From positions 1-56,909 of the forward strand of contig CAYZIC010000004.1 of assembly GCA_964478335.1 (NCBI GenBank): a DNA stretch of 56,909 nucleotides, written 5' to 3'. The DNA comes from an uncultured Lentisphaeraceae bacterium (GTDB taxonomy: Bacteria; Verrucomicrobiota; Kiritimatiellia; RFP12; DVOR01). The notes under the pieces were generated by a model. It ran no database searches and had not been told where the DNA came from. It saw only the letters and a list, made by a program, of their open reading frames with translations. Made by a program: the position numbers and the translations under genes. The stretch's first letter is position 1. Each line of letters opens with the position of its first letter. Of this stretch, positions 1-9,544 are shown in pieces.

Positions 1-53
1 AGAATTACTAAAGATTTCTTAGCCTACTGCGACATTTATTGTTGCAATTTACC

Positions 54-130
54 GGAAGGCTATGTTCCCTATGAGGGAAAGGTATGTTCCCTGCGAGGGA
101 AGGTTATGCCCCCTGTGAGGGAAGCTGATG
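54..130. repeat. 22-bp tandem repeat x3 with internal TTCCCT-N3-AGGGAA palindrome
   Basis: Units start at 61, 83 and 105: tatgttccctatgagggaaagg / tatgttccctgcgagggaaggt / tatgccccctgtgagggaagct. Confidence 0.85.
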
Positions 131-154
131 GAGGTCATATACCTTTAGGGTCAG

Positions 155-415
155 CGGCAGCTACGCTACCGCTAGAACGGTCGCTGCCTCTAGAACGGTC
201 GCTACGCTCCCTAAATGGGCGGCTGCGCCGCAGGACCGCTAGATTTTAATCACGAATAAGCGGCTGCGCCGCAGTCTGCGTAGGTCTGCCAGGGATGTGG
301 CCTCCGAAACTTAGCCTAATTTTAGCCTAATGGTCTCGTGCGCCTGCGGCGGGGTCTGCAAGGGATTGTAACATAGAGACGGGGGTGGTGCTGTGGGAGG
401 CGACTGCGCTGCCTA
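155..415. repeat. Cluster of REP-like mini-hairpins (GC-TRC-GC core)
   Basis: GCGGCTGCGCCGC at 219 and 260; CTAGAACGGTCGCT occurs twice; cggcagc-tac-gctaccg. Confidence 0.7.
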
Positions 416-461
416 ATTACTGTAAAGAGCTCTGGCTGGTTCTTCCTGCCTGTCAATTCAG

Positions 462-489
462 TCCCAAATCCCAAATCCCAAATCCCAAT
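462..489 (+). repeat. Heptamer array (TCCCAAA)x4
   Basis: tcccaaa tcccaaa tcccaaa tcccaat. Confidence 0.9.
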
Positions 490-497
490 CTTTTGGC

Positions 498-526
498 TTG
501 ACTTTGATGGTTTTTTTCGGTACGAT
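498..526 (+). promoter_or_regulatory. Putative sigma70 promoter
   Basis: TTGACT-17 bp-TACGAT; RBS GAGGAGG at 561-567. Confidence 0.6.
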
Positions 527-572
527 GGGGGCGTTTTAATCGAGGTCGTATCATCAACATGAGGAGGTTAAC

Positions 573-1919
573 ATGGGTGCTTTTAAGGCATATGATATTC
601 GGGGGGTCTTTGGTCATGATTGGGATCTAGAGTCTGCCTATCAAATCGGTCGTACGTTGCCCTCGGTCATGGGGGCGAAGCGGCTCTTAATCGGTCGGGA
701 TTGCCGTGAATCGTCGCCGGCTATCGCTGATGCGCTCTCTCGGGGGCTCTTGGAGGCTGGCTGTGATGTGGATGATGCGGGGCTGGCGTCGACACCGATG
801 ATCTATTTCTTTACTGCGGAGCATGGCTATGATGGCTCTGTGCAAATTACGGCTTCGCACAATCCGCCTGACTACAATGGTCTCAAGGTTTCTCAACGGG
901 GTGCCCTGCCGATGGGCTACGATGCTGGTCTCAATCAGGTCGAGGCGCGTTTGTTGGCCAAGGATATCCCGCCGCGAGCGTCAACGCCTGGGGCTTTGCG
1001 GCAGGTCGATCTGTTGCCGGAGTATGTGGGCTTTCTCAAAGGCAAGGTACCCAATTTGACAGGTCTGCGATTTGCGGTGGACTGTTCTGATGGGATGGGT
1101 GGGCTCTTTGCGCGGGCGCTCTTTGGTGATGGGGTGATCTACCTCAATGATCGGCCTGATGGGGCTTTTCCTCATCACAACCCGAACCCTCTCGAGGTCG
1201 AGAATTGCCAGCAGCTGATCGACACGGTGCGTGCCCATCAGCTCGATCTTGGGGTGATCTTTGATGGGGATGCCGATCGGGTGATGTTTGTCGACGACCA
1301 GGGCACCTTTATTCAGCCGGACTACTTGATTCCTGTCATTGCCAAGGAGTTGGATCACGCAGAACCCGCCCCGCGGGCTGTCATTCATGACATTCGCACC
1401 TCGCTGGGTGTGATTGAAACTCTCCAAGAGCAAGGCATGCAGCCTGTCATTGGGCGTGTAGGCCATGCGTATGCCAAGGTGCTGCTGCGTGAATGTGGGG
1501 CCTTTTGTGGGGGTGAGCTGGCGGGGCATTACTACTTTAGGGACTTTCATTCTTGCGATAGTGCGGCGTGGGCGGCGTGTCTGGTGCTGGGCGCAGCGGC
1601 CAAGGCCAAATTGCAAGGGCTCTCTCTGCATGAGCTGATGGCGCCCATCACCCAGCGCTACCGCAACAGTGGCGAATGCAACTTTAAGGGGATCTCGGAC
1701 AAAGACCAGGCCATTGCGGCTCTCTGCCAAGCGGTCGAGGCGGCCTTTGGTGCGCCCCTACGCAAGGATGCCTTTGATGGCGTACGTCTCAACTATGCCG
1801 ACCTCTGGCTCAATGTGCGTCCATCAAATACCGAGCCCTGCCTGCGTGTCGTCTTTGAGGCAAAAACGACCGAACAATTTGCCTCGCTCGAGCGTCTCGT
1901 TCAGGAGACGCTCGCCTAA
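573..1919 (+). CDS. manB: Phosphomannomutase/phosphoglucomutase
   Basis: FKAYDIRG, TASHNP phosphoserine loop, FDGDADR metal loop, GELAGH, RPSNTEP. Confidence 0.93.
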   Translation: MGAFKAYDIRGVFGHDWDLESAYQIGRTLPSVMGAKRLLIGRDCRESSPAIADALSRGLLEAGCDVDDAGLASTPMIYFFTAEHGYDGSVQITASHNPPDYNGLKVSQRGALPMGYDAGLNQVEARLLAKDIPPRASTPGALRQVDLLPEYVGFLKGKVPNLTGLRFAVDCSDGMGGLFARALFGDGVIYLNDRPDGAFPHHNPNPLEVENCQQLIDTVRAHQLDLGVIFDGDADRVMFVDDQGTFIQPDYLIPVIAKELDHAEPAPRAVIHDIRTSLGVIETLQEQGMQPVIGRVGHAYAKVLLRECGAFCGGELAGHYYFRDFHSCDSAAWAACLVLGAAAKAKLQGLSLHELMAPITQRYRNSGECNFKGISDKDQAIAALCQAVEAAFGAPLRKDAFDGVRLNYADLWLNVRPSNTEPCLRVVFEAKTTEQFASLERLVQETLA

Positions 1920-1921
1920 CA

Positions 1922-1970
1922 CCTCATCCCTCATCCCTCGTCCCTTGTCCCTTTAACCTTTAACCTCAAA
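1922..1970 (+). repeat. Graded CCTNNNN heptamer array x7
   Basis: cctcatc cctcatc cctcgtc ccttgtc cctttaa cctttaa cctcaaa, directly before the RBS of manC. Confidence 0.85.
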
Positions 1971-1981
1971 CAGGAATACCC

Positions 1982-3073
1982 ATGCTTGATCACAACTTAG
2001 CCCCTCACACCTATGCAGTCATTTTAGCAGGCGGCCGCGGCGAACGCTTCTGGCCTCTCTCAGTCAAAAGCCGCCCCAAACAATTCATCTCAATCTTTGG
2101 TGGCAAGCCCCTCATCCAGCACGCCATCGACCGACTCGATGGGATCGTTCCTCCAGAACGCGTTCTCGTGATCACGTCCGCCGATTTGATTGATGTGACG
2201 CGGTCTGTAGCCAAAGATTTGCCTGCGGACAATGTTGTGGGCGAGCCCATGGGGCGCGATACCGCAGCTGCGGTGGCTCTGGCCTGTGGTTTGGTCAAGC
2301 GTCGCGACCCTGAGGGGGTCGTGGCCATCTTGACGGCCGACCACATCATGGCTGACGAGGCGGGCTTTAAGCAAGTTTTGGCAGATTCCTTTGCAATTGC
2401 CAACCAAGAGGATGCGATCTTGACCATCGGCATTACGCCGACATTCCCCGCGACTGGCTTTGGCTACATTGAGATGGACTCCCCGCTCGATACTGGCACC
2501 CAGACGGCCTTTGCCAAGGCGAAGCGATTTGTGGAAAAGCCCTCTCTTGACAAGGCGACGGCCTATCTCGAAACGGGTGCTTTTTTGTGGAATGCGGGTA
2601 TGTTTATTTGGCGCACGAGTGTGATGGAGACGGCCTTTGCCCAAGGTGCTCCCGATATCGCGCCGATGATTCAGGCCGTGGCCACTTGCGACTCTGTCGA
2701 TGCGTGGATGGCTCAATACTACCCAACGATTCGCAAGATCTCGGTGGACTTTGCCGTTATGGAAAAAGCCCCCAACATCATCACCGCAGCGGGAGACTTT
2801 GGCTGGGATGACGTGGGCACCTGGCCAGCTGTCGAGGCTCATTTGCCTGCGGATGAGCAGGACAATGTCAGTCTCGGCGACTATACCGCCATTCAAGCGC
2901 GCAGCAATATCCTCATCACTGAGGGCTGCTCTCGCCACACGGCTATCTTGGGCATTGATGACTTGGTCGTCGTACAAACGCCCACCACCACCATGATCTG
3001 TCCCAAAGACCGAGCACAAGACCTCAAAACCCTTGTTGCGGCGGTCGCCGAGAATGACCCATCCTTAACCTAA
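1982..3073 (+). CDS. manC: Mannose-1-phosphate guanylyltransferase
   Basis: ILAGGRGERFWPLS..PKQF, EPMGRDTA, FVEKP, WNAGMF, ISVDFAVMEK, WDDVGTW. Confidence 0.93.
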   Translation: MLDHNLAPHTYAVILAGGRGERFWPLSVKSRPKQFISIFGGKPLIQHAIDRLDGIVPPERVLVITSADLIDVTRSVAKDLPADNVVGEPMGRDTAAAVALACGLVKRRDPEGVVAILTADHIMADEAGFKQVLADSFAIANQEDAILTIGITPTFPATGFGYIEMDSPLDTGTQTAFAKAKRFVEKPSLDKATAYLETGAFLWNAGMFIWRTSVMETAFAQGAPDIAPMIQAVATCDSVDAWMAQYYPTIRKISVDFAVMEKAPNIITAAGDFGWDDVGTWPAVEAHLPADEQDNVSLGDYTAIQARSNILITEGCSRHTAILGIDDLVVVQTPTTTMICPKDRAQDLKTLVAAVAENDPSLT

Positions 3074-3097
3074 AACGTCCCAAACAGGAGCCGCACC

Positions 3098-4408
3098 ATG
3101 ATTCCCCAATGGATTATCGAAAAGAAACGCGACGGGCACGCCCTAAGCGCAGATGAAATCAATGCTTGGATCCAAGGCCTCACCGACGGCTCGATCCCTG
3201 ACTATCAAATCACCGCCTGGGCCATGGCGGTCTATTTACGTGGGATGACCACACTCGAAACGGCCGCCCTCACGCAAGCGATGATGAATTCTGGGGAATC
3301 CCTCGACCTCTCTGAGATCCCCTTTACTGCGGATAAGCACTCCACTGGCGGCATCGGCGACAAAATCTCCATCCCGCTGGCGCCTCTGGTTGCAGCCGTG
3401 GGTGTCCATGTGCCGATGATCAGTGGCCGTGGCCTCGGTATCACGGGAGGTACGCTCGATAAGCTCGAAACCATTCCGGGATTTGACACGCGCTGCTCCA
3501 ATGAGCAATTTATTGCGCTGACCCAGCAGATCGGTGCCTGCCTCATCGGACAAACGGCTACCCTCGCCCCAGCGGACAAACGTCTCTACGCCCTACGAGA
3601 TGTTTCGGGGACAGTGCCGAGCATTCCACTCATTACCGCCAGTATCATGTCCAAAAAGCTAGCCGAGGGTGCCAAGACGTTAGTCTTTGACGTGAAGTGC
3701 GGCTCGGGTGCCTTTATGCGTAGCCTCGATGATGCCAAGACCCTCGCCCAATCGCTCGTCAATACTGGCACAGCTCTCGGGCGCACCTGCCAAGCGACCA
3801 TCACCAATATGGATCAGCCGCTCGGACGCACCATTGGTAACGCCCTCGAGATACGAGAATCGATCGAGATCTTGCGTAACCATGGCCCTGCAGATGTGCG
3901 CGAGCTCACCTTGCACTTGGCCACGCAAATGGCACACCTCTCGGGCTGCTTCCCCACCGAGTCTGCAGCCCGCCAAGCCCTCGAGGGTGCCCTCGCATCA
4001 GGCGCGGCATTCGACAAATTTAAGGAAATGGTCATCGCCCAGGGCGGCGATCCCTCGACCATCGACGATCCAAGCAAGCTCCCACAAGCGACCTATTCAG
4101 CTCCCGTCCCAGCGACACAAACTGGCTACATCGCTCGCGTCGATGCCGAAAAGCTCGGCCGCGTCGCCTTGCAACTCGGCGCAGGGCGCACCGCAGTCTC
4201 TGACCCAATCTTGCCCGGTGCAGGTATCGACCGATTGCTCCAGCAAAATGAGTCCGTCACTCTCGGCGAGCCCCTCATGACCCTCTGGTGTGACGACCAG
4301 GCTAAACTGCAAGCCCTCATTGCCGATGCTCAAGCTGCAATCACCTACTCCACACAAGCTGTTGGAGAAAAGACCCTCTTTCTTGCGATGGATTTAACTG
4401 CCGATTAG
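3098..4408 (+). CDS. pdp: Pyrimidine-nucleoside/thymidine phosphorylase
   Basis: KKRDG, DKHSTGGIGDK, MISGRGLGITGGTLDKLE, SIMSKKLAEG. Confidence 0.95.
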   Translation: MIPQWIIEKKRDGHALSADEINAWIQGLTDGSIPDYQITAWAMAVYLRGMTTLETAALTQAMMNSGESLDLSEIPFTADKHSTGGIGDKISIPLAPLVAAVGVHVPMISGRGLGITGGTLDKLETIPGFDTRCSNEQFIALTQQIGACLIGQTATLAPADKRLYALRDVSGTVPSIPLITASIMSKKLAEGAKTLVFDVKCGSGAFMRSLDDAKTLAQSLVNTGTALGRTCQATITNMDQPLGRTIGNALEIRESIEILRNHGPADVRELTLHLATQMAHLSGCFPTESAARQALEGALASGAAFDKFKEMVIAQGGDPSTIDDPSKLPQATYSAPVPATQTGYIARVDAEKLGRVALQLGAGRTAVSDPILPGAGIDRLLQQNESVTLGEPLMTLWCDDQAKLQALIADAQAAITYSTQAVGEKTLFLAMDLTAD

Positions 4409-4417
4409 GAGCCCACC

Positions 4418-4831
4418 ATGACGCAATCCCTCCCCCTATCCACCGAACAAGAAATGGCACTCTTTCAAGCAGCGTGTCACGTGCAGCGCAATAGCTACGC
4501 CCCCTATTCGTCCTTTCACGTCGGGGCAGCACTGCTGACAGACGATGGAGAGATTTTTGCTGGTTGCAACGTCGAAAACGCCTCCTATGGGCTCACGATT
4601 TGCGCCGAACGCGCCGCCGTCATGCAAGCCGTCTCAGCAGGTAAGCGGCACTTCGTCGCCCTTGCCCTCTGTGCAACCAAATCCGTTCCCCCCTGTGGTG
4701 CCTGCCTCCAAGTCTTGAGCGAGTTTATGGATCGCCTAGCACCGATCTATATCCTCGATCAAGCAGGCATCTGCACCCAATCATCCACCCTCGGCACGCT
4801 TTTTCCACAAGCCTTTACCCTCCATGACTAG
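4418..4831 (+). CDS. cdd: Cytidine deaminase
   Basis: YAPYSSFHVGAA, GCNVENASYG.CAER, PCGAC. Confidence 0.95.
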   Translation: MTQSLPLSTEQEMALFQAACHVQRNSYAPYSSFHVGAALLTDDGEIFAGCNVENASYGLTICAERAAVMQAVSAGKRHFVALALCATKSVPPCGACLQVLSEFMDRLAPIYILDQAGICTQSSTLGTLFPQAFTLHD

Positions 4832-5630
4832 TTTAACCTTTAGCCCGATTGCTCACATCTGCAGTAGCCTGCGCTATCGCAGCCAGGCACCGCGTCAGGC
4901 GGTTTACTCGGAGATTGGTGCACGCATCGTCTTTGAGGATCCCAAGATGATGCGCCCAGCACTTGAGGGCATTGAGGGGTTTGAACGCCTCTGGCTGATT
5001 TTTGCCTTTCATCTCAACCTCGACAAGCCTTGGAAAGCCAAAGTCCGCCCGCCCTTTAGCCCCGATGACAAAAAGTTTGGCCTCTTTGCTACACGTAGCC
5101 CCTACCGCCCCAACCCCATTGGCATGAGTGCGGTCACCCTGCTCGCAGTAGAAAAGGACACCCTCGTCGTCGGCGGATGCGACCTCCTCGATGGCACCCC
5201 TATCCTCGACATCAAGCCCTACATCCCACAAGCTGATGCCTTTCCAACAAGTCGCGCTGGTTGGCGAGATACCCTACCCCCACCCGACTGGACCGTCACC
5301 ATCGCCCCGCAAGCCATCGCCAAAATCAACTGGGTTCACGAACAATCCGGTCTTGAGATACAAGACTTCTGCCAAGTGCAGCTCTCCCGTTCCCCTCTTG
5401 ACAACCGCCGTAAACGCGTCACCACCAGCCCCGACTCAGACGGCCGCTATGGACTAGGCCTACGCACCTGGCAAATCCTTTTCACCCTCGACGAGACAAC
5501 CCACAGTGTCACCATTTGCGATATCAAGAGCAACTATCCCATAGAAGAATTAACCCCATTAGCTGCCGACCCATACGGAGATAAGGAGATCCACAGACAG
5601 CTACAGCGGGCGACTGTGTCGCCGCCTTAG
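4824..5630 (+). CDS. trmO: tRNA (N6-threonylcarbamoyl-A37) methyltransferase TrmO/TsaA
   Basis: APRQ, GLFATRSPYRPNPIGMS, DLLDGTPILDIKPY. Confidence 0.92.
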   Translation: MTSLTFSPIAHICSSLRYRSQAPRQAVYSEIGARIVFEDPKMMRPALEGIEGFERLWLIFAFHLNLDKPWKAKVRPPFSPDDKKFGLFATRSPYRPNPIGMSAVTLLAVEKDTLVVGGCDLLDGTPILDIKPYIPQADAFPTSRAGWRDTLPPPDWTVTIAPQAIAKINWVHEQSGLEIQDFCQVQLSRSPLDNRRKRVTTSPDSDGRYGLGLRTWQILFTLDETTHSVTICDIKSNYPIEELTPLAADPYGDKEIHRQLQRATVSPP

Positions 5631-5677
5631 GGCGAGTTGCGCTCGCCGCTGTTAGCTAATTGCGGGCGGCTTGCCGA

Positions 5678-5719
5678 CCTTGTACCTCGTCCCTTGTACC
5701 TTTAACCTTTAACCTAAAA
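5678..5719 (+). repeat. CCTNNNN heptamer array x6
   Basis: ccttgta cctcgtc ccttgta cctttaa cctttaa cctaaaa, then RBS AAGGAG. Confidence 0.85.
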
Positions 5720-5733
5720 AGAAGGAGTTCATC

Positions 5734-6246
5734 ATGTCTATACTCATTATTTGCGCTTCAGAGCGCGACGGGAGCAACAGTCTCTCCTTAGCCAACGCCC
5801 TTGCCGATGGTGCCCAAGCCGCGGGCAAAGATGTCGAGTATATTTATCTCAAGGGTAAGACCATTGCGCCCTATTCCCCCGATGCCAGCTACCCAGCAGA
5901 GGATTCTTGCGATGAAATTCTCAATGCGATGAAAGCCCACCAGACCGTTGTTTTTGCGCTGCCGCTCTACTTCTTTACGATGCCAGCCAAGCTCAAAGCG
6001 ATCATCGATCGCATGGTTGATTTGCCTGGTAATGTCTTGCCCATCAATCGAGTGGCGATCTTGGCAACCGCTGCTGATGACAATCCTACGGTCTTTGATG
6101 CACTCTCGTTAACCTTTGCCCAAATTGCCGATTACGGTTCGTGGGAATTGGTTGGTAGCGTGCTGGCTGGTGGAGTCTTTGATGCTGGCTCCGTCTTGGA
6201 CACGCCCTTTATTCAGCAGGCATACGCCCTCGGACAATCACTCTAA
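5734..6246 (+). CDS. Flavodoxin-fold NAD(P)H-dependent FMN reductase family protein
   Basis: SERDGSNS phosphate loop, VFALPLYFFTMPAKLKAIIDR. Confidence 0.85.
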   Translation: MSILIICASERDGSNSLSLANALADGAQAAGKDVEYIYLKGKTIAPYSPDASYPAEDSCDEILNAMKAHQTVVFALPLYFFTMPAKLKAIIDRMVDLPGNVLPINRVAILATAADDNPTVFDALSLTFAQIADYGSWELVGSVLAGGVFDAGSVLDTPFIQQAYALGQSL

Positions 6247-6255
6247 GGAATCCCT

Positions 6256-6873
6256 ATGCCCCGCTGGTTAGAAATCTCCCTCATACTCCTCTCGGCACCC
6301 ATTTGGGGTATCTTATTACTGCTCTCAATGGGGGCCGTTGCGGTGGCGTTGGGGCGGCCGATCTTTTTTAGGCAACCACGCCCAGGGCTCAATGGGGAGA
6401 TTTTTACCCTCATCAAATTACGTACGATGCGCCAAGGCACAGCCTCCGATAATCAGCGCATGACCCGCGTGGGGAACCTCTTGCGCAAAACAAGTCTAGA
6501 TGAATTACCCGAGCTCCTCTTGGTGCTCCAGGGTAAGATGGCGCTCGTAGGTCCACGGCCGCTTTTGGTCGACTATCTGCCCCTCTACAATGAGAGCCAA
6601 CGCCACCGTCACGATGTGCGTCCTGGTATCACCGGATGGGCTCAAGTCAATGGCCGCAACGCCACAACATGGGAGGTGCGCTTTGAGCAAGACCTCTACT
6701 ACGTCCAGCATCGGAGCTTTTGGCTAGACTGCCGCATCATCGCACTCACGCTTGTCAAAGTTTTCAAACGTGAAGGCACCTGCGAAATGGCTCTTTGGAC
6801 GCCCGAGAGGGCGAGCTGCGCTCGCCCGCAACAGGCATCAGGCATTAGCGAGCAAGCGAGCCCGCTTACTTAA
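6256..6873 (+). CDS. Bacterial sugar (undecaprenyl-phosphate glycosyl-1-P) transferase
   Basis: [44 protein letters not shown]. Confidence 0.92.
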   Translation: MPRWLEISLILLSAPIWGILLLLSMGAVAVALGRPIFFRQPRPGLNGEIFTLIKLRTMRQGTASDNQRMTRVGNLLRKTSLDELPELLLVLQGKMALVGPRPLLVDYLPLYNESQRHRHDVRPGITGWAQVNGRNATTWEVRFEQDLYYVQHRSFWLDCRIIALTLVKVFKREGTCEMALWTPERASCARPQQASGISEQASPLT

Positions 6874-8560
6874 AGAGCGCATAGCCTCTGGGATTGATCT
6901 CAAGAATCTTTTGAATAAGGGCCTTTGGTGGCTCTTTGTCTGGATAATCTGGTAAAAAGATGCCTGGATAAAGGGGCAGATGGTGTTGTGTCTGCTTTTG
7001 ACTCTGGCGAATTTGATCGAGGATCCACTGTTCATCAGCTTGATAAAATGAAGCATAGACCATGGGCAGGGCGAAGTCGAGCTTAAATAGGCTCCAGTCT
7101 TGACGCACCATTTTGCTGGCGAGCTGCGGGTTTGGGAAGACCGCAGCACCACAGGGTTTGGCAGTCTGGTGTGCGGTATCGATTAGCGCATTGGCGAAAT
7201 TAGCAACAGCTTGCAAGCGAAAATCAGCCCACTGGGGGTCGCCTTTTTTAGGGGCTTTGCCTGAGGCTTTGGTATAAAGCGCACGACAGTGGTCGCAGTA
7301 GCAAAAATCATAGTCGTCAAGTTCGGTGGTCATATCGAGGCCATAGTGAGCCCAGAGGCCTTTGGGGAGCTGCACGTCAGGTTGGCGAATATAGTCTAGC
7401 TGAATGGCATCAACATCTTTGAGCTGGGCGTAGGCCTTAACGATGCTTTGCACGTGGGCTTTGGCGGCTGGGTTATTCGGGCACAAAAATTGATAGTAGG
7501 CGACAAAGGGGCGAGTCGCAGGGTCATGGCAACTTTTACCATTTGCCGAAACGGCATACCACTCCGGGTGTCGAAGTGCGATGGGATCGCCAGGACGATT
7601 GAGCGCCCACACCCAAGCAATGACTCGTAGGTTGAGCGATTTGGCGGTAGCCGCCGCAGCGGCAACCTGCTCCACACTGCCATCGATCAATACCGTAGTC
7701 AAGCCATAGCGCATGAGTGGCTTAAGCGTATCGACTGTAATGGCCTCATCTCCCCCATGGAGCCACATGCAGACTTCTGGAGGGAATGGCTCCTGCACGC
7801 CAACGACACGGTCAGAAAATCGCACCCGCCCCCACAATTCAGGCGTGTGAATGGTCGATTGGGCGGTAGGAGCCCAGACGGAGTTTTTCTCGAGCTGCGT
7901 AGTTGGGTCTGTGGGATCTCTGGGGTGATCCACCCGCGAAAAATTAAATCGCATCACCTGACCAGCTTGTGGGGGGCGATCGGTACGCGGCAGCGAGTCA
8001 TGGGCCGTGATTGAGCGCCAAGGCCAGGCGATTTCGACAGACCAGCTGCGGTCGATGTCGGTGTCATCATTGAGTGTGCCCTGATGGCTGACGGCGTGGC
8101 GGAGGCCTTTGATATCCCAGTCGTGCAGGGCTACCCCTCCATCGCGATAAGCATCTGTCAACAGTAAATCCCACACGGTATTGAGGGCGTTGATTTCAAG
8201 CTCGAGATAGTGGCGACCGGTGCAGGTCGGATCTATAAAAATCTCGAAGTCATTATCATGGTAAATAATGCTATCGCGTTGCGTTAAGGTGGCTCGGAGG
8301 GTGCGTTCTGGGAGGACTGCACTACAATAGAGGTAGTGGTCGTCGTAGGCGAGCTTAATGGTCGCCTCCGCATGAGCAGGGGTGATGCCATCGAGGTCTC
8401 GCAAGGGGCTCATTGGCTCAGCAAGTTGCCAGGTCTCTTCGTCGATCTTGCCATCAACATTGATCGGCCCCTGTGTACGATAACAGGTATAGATAGGTGC
8501 AGCCCATGCGCTCTCAATCAAGCAGCAGCAGGCGATCAGGTAGGTGGCTATTTTCATCAC
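6866..8560 (-). CDS. Secreted CBM9-like (DOMON) sugar-binding domain fused to a GH10-like/DUF187 TIM barrel
   Basis: Signal peptide; VDGKIDE..W, DNDFEIFIDP, YLELEINALNT, WSVEIAWPW; C-terminal FLCPNNP, IQLDYIR, RQDW, PMVY. Confidence 0.75.
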   Translation of the reverse strand: MMKIATYLIACCCLIESAWAAPIYTCYRTQGPINVDGKIDEETWQLAEPMSPLRDLDGITPAHAEATIKLAYDDHYLYCSAVLPERTLRATLTQRDSIIYHDNDFEIFIDPTCTGRHYLELEINALNTVWDLLLTDAYRDGGVALHDWDIKGLRHAVSHQGTLNDDTDIDRSWSVEIAWPWRSITAHDSLPRTDRPPQAGQVMRFNFSRVDHPRDPTDPTTQLEKNSVWAPTAQSTIHTPELWGRVRFSDRVVGVQEPFPPEVCMWLHGGDEAITVDTLKPLMRYGLTTVLIDGSVEQVAAAAATAKSLNLRVIAWVWALNRPGDPIALRHPEWYAVSANGKSCHDPATRPFVAYYQFLCPNNPAAKAHVQSIVKAYAQLKDVDAIQLDYIRQPDVQLPKGLWAHYGLDMTTELDDYDFCYCDHCRALYTKASGKAPKKGDPQWADFRLQAVANFANALIDTAHQTAKPCGAAVFPNPQLASKMVRQDWSLFKLDFALPMVYASFYQADEQWILDQIRQSQKQTQHHLPLYPGIFLPDYPDKEPPKALIQKILEINPRGYALFK

Positions 8561-8603
8561 GAATAAACCCTCAATCTAGCGCCAGCGGCGTAACGGTAAA
8601 AAA

Positions 8604-9467
8604 CTAGTGGTCATGTTGACCTTCGCCATGCCAGGGTTCGCTAGCGGGGGGCGTCAGGGTGCCAGCGACAATGCGTTGACGTACGACCTCTGAGAGCAAG
8701 ATGGTGGCTGCGGCGGAGACATTGAGAGAATCTGCCGTGCCAAACATGGGAATGCGCACACGTAAATCGGCGCCTTCCATGAATTGCTTGGTTAGGCCGT
8801 ATTGTTCAGCACCCAAACAGATCGCCACGCGTCCAGTGAGGGATTCTTGGAAGTACATGTTGTCAGCGTGTGGGGTTGCCGCGAGGATCGAGAAGCCGTT
8901 TGCCTTGAGGTAGGCGAGGGTTTGCTCAGCAGTGGCGACGGCGATAGGTAGGGCAAAGAGCGTGCCAGTGGAGGCTCGTACGACATTTGGATTATGAATA
9001 TCTGTACAGGGATCGCAGACGATGACTGCGCTTACGCTCGAGGCATCCGCAGAGCGGAGCATCGTGCCAAGGTTGCCGGGTTTTTCAACCGATTCGCAAA
9101 CCATGACGAGCGCATCAGGGGGCAAGGAGAGGTCTTCAAGGGTGACTGTGACTTGAGGGCCTATGGCGATGAGGCCGTCGGGCCTTTCGCGGTAGGCGAT
9201 CTTCTCAAAGGCTAGCTTGGAGCACGCATACAAAATCGCACCATTGGCTTCGCAACGATCCAAAATGCTGGGTTCGTTTTCATGCTTAAGCCAGAGCTCT
9301 TCACAATAAAAAAGGGCCGTAGGTTTATAGCCATGATCGAGGGCACGTTTGATTTCGCGGTAGCCTTCGACGATCATTTCAGATGCACGATCTCGATGCG
9401 AACGTTGCCTTAATTTGACAACAGACTTGATTTTGGGGTTTGAGAGGCTAGTAATTTCGGTTTTCAT
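8604..9467 (-). CDS. TrmH/SpoU family RNA methyltransferase
   Basis: ITSLSNP, VEKPGNLGTMLRSADA, LGAEQYGL, IPMFGTADSLNVS. Confidence 0.93.
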   Translation of the reverse strand: MKTEITSLSNPKIKSVVKLRQRSHRDRASEMIVEGYREIKRALDHGYKPTALFYCEELWLKHENEPSILDRCEANGAILYACSKLAFEKIAYRERPDGLIAIGPQVTVTLEDLSLPPDALVMVCESVEKPGNLGTMLRSADASSVSAVIVCDPCTDIHNPNVVRASTGTLFALPIAVATAEQTLAYLKANGFSILAATPHADNMYFQESLTGRVAICLGAEQYGLTKQFMEGADLRVRIPMFGTADSLNVSAAATILLSEVVRQRIVAGTLTPPASEPWHGEGQHDH

Positions 9468-9544
9468 GGATTTTTTCCTTTACTTAAAATACACAAATAG
9501 GATATCATAAAAGGCCATTATTAATCAAGCGGAGAAATACCAAA

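Noticed and set aside
54-130. 22-bp repeats as a mini-CRISPR
   Set aside because: The units are contiguous, with no unique spacers.
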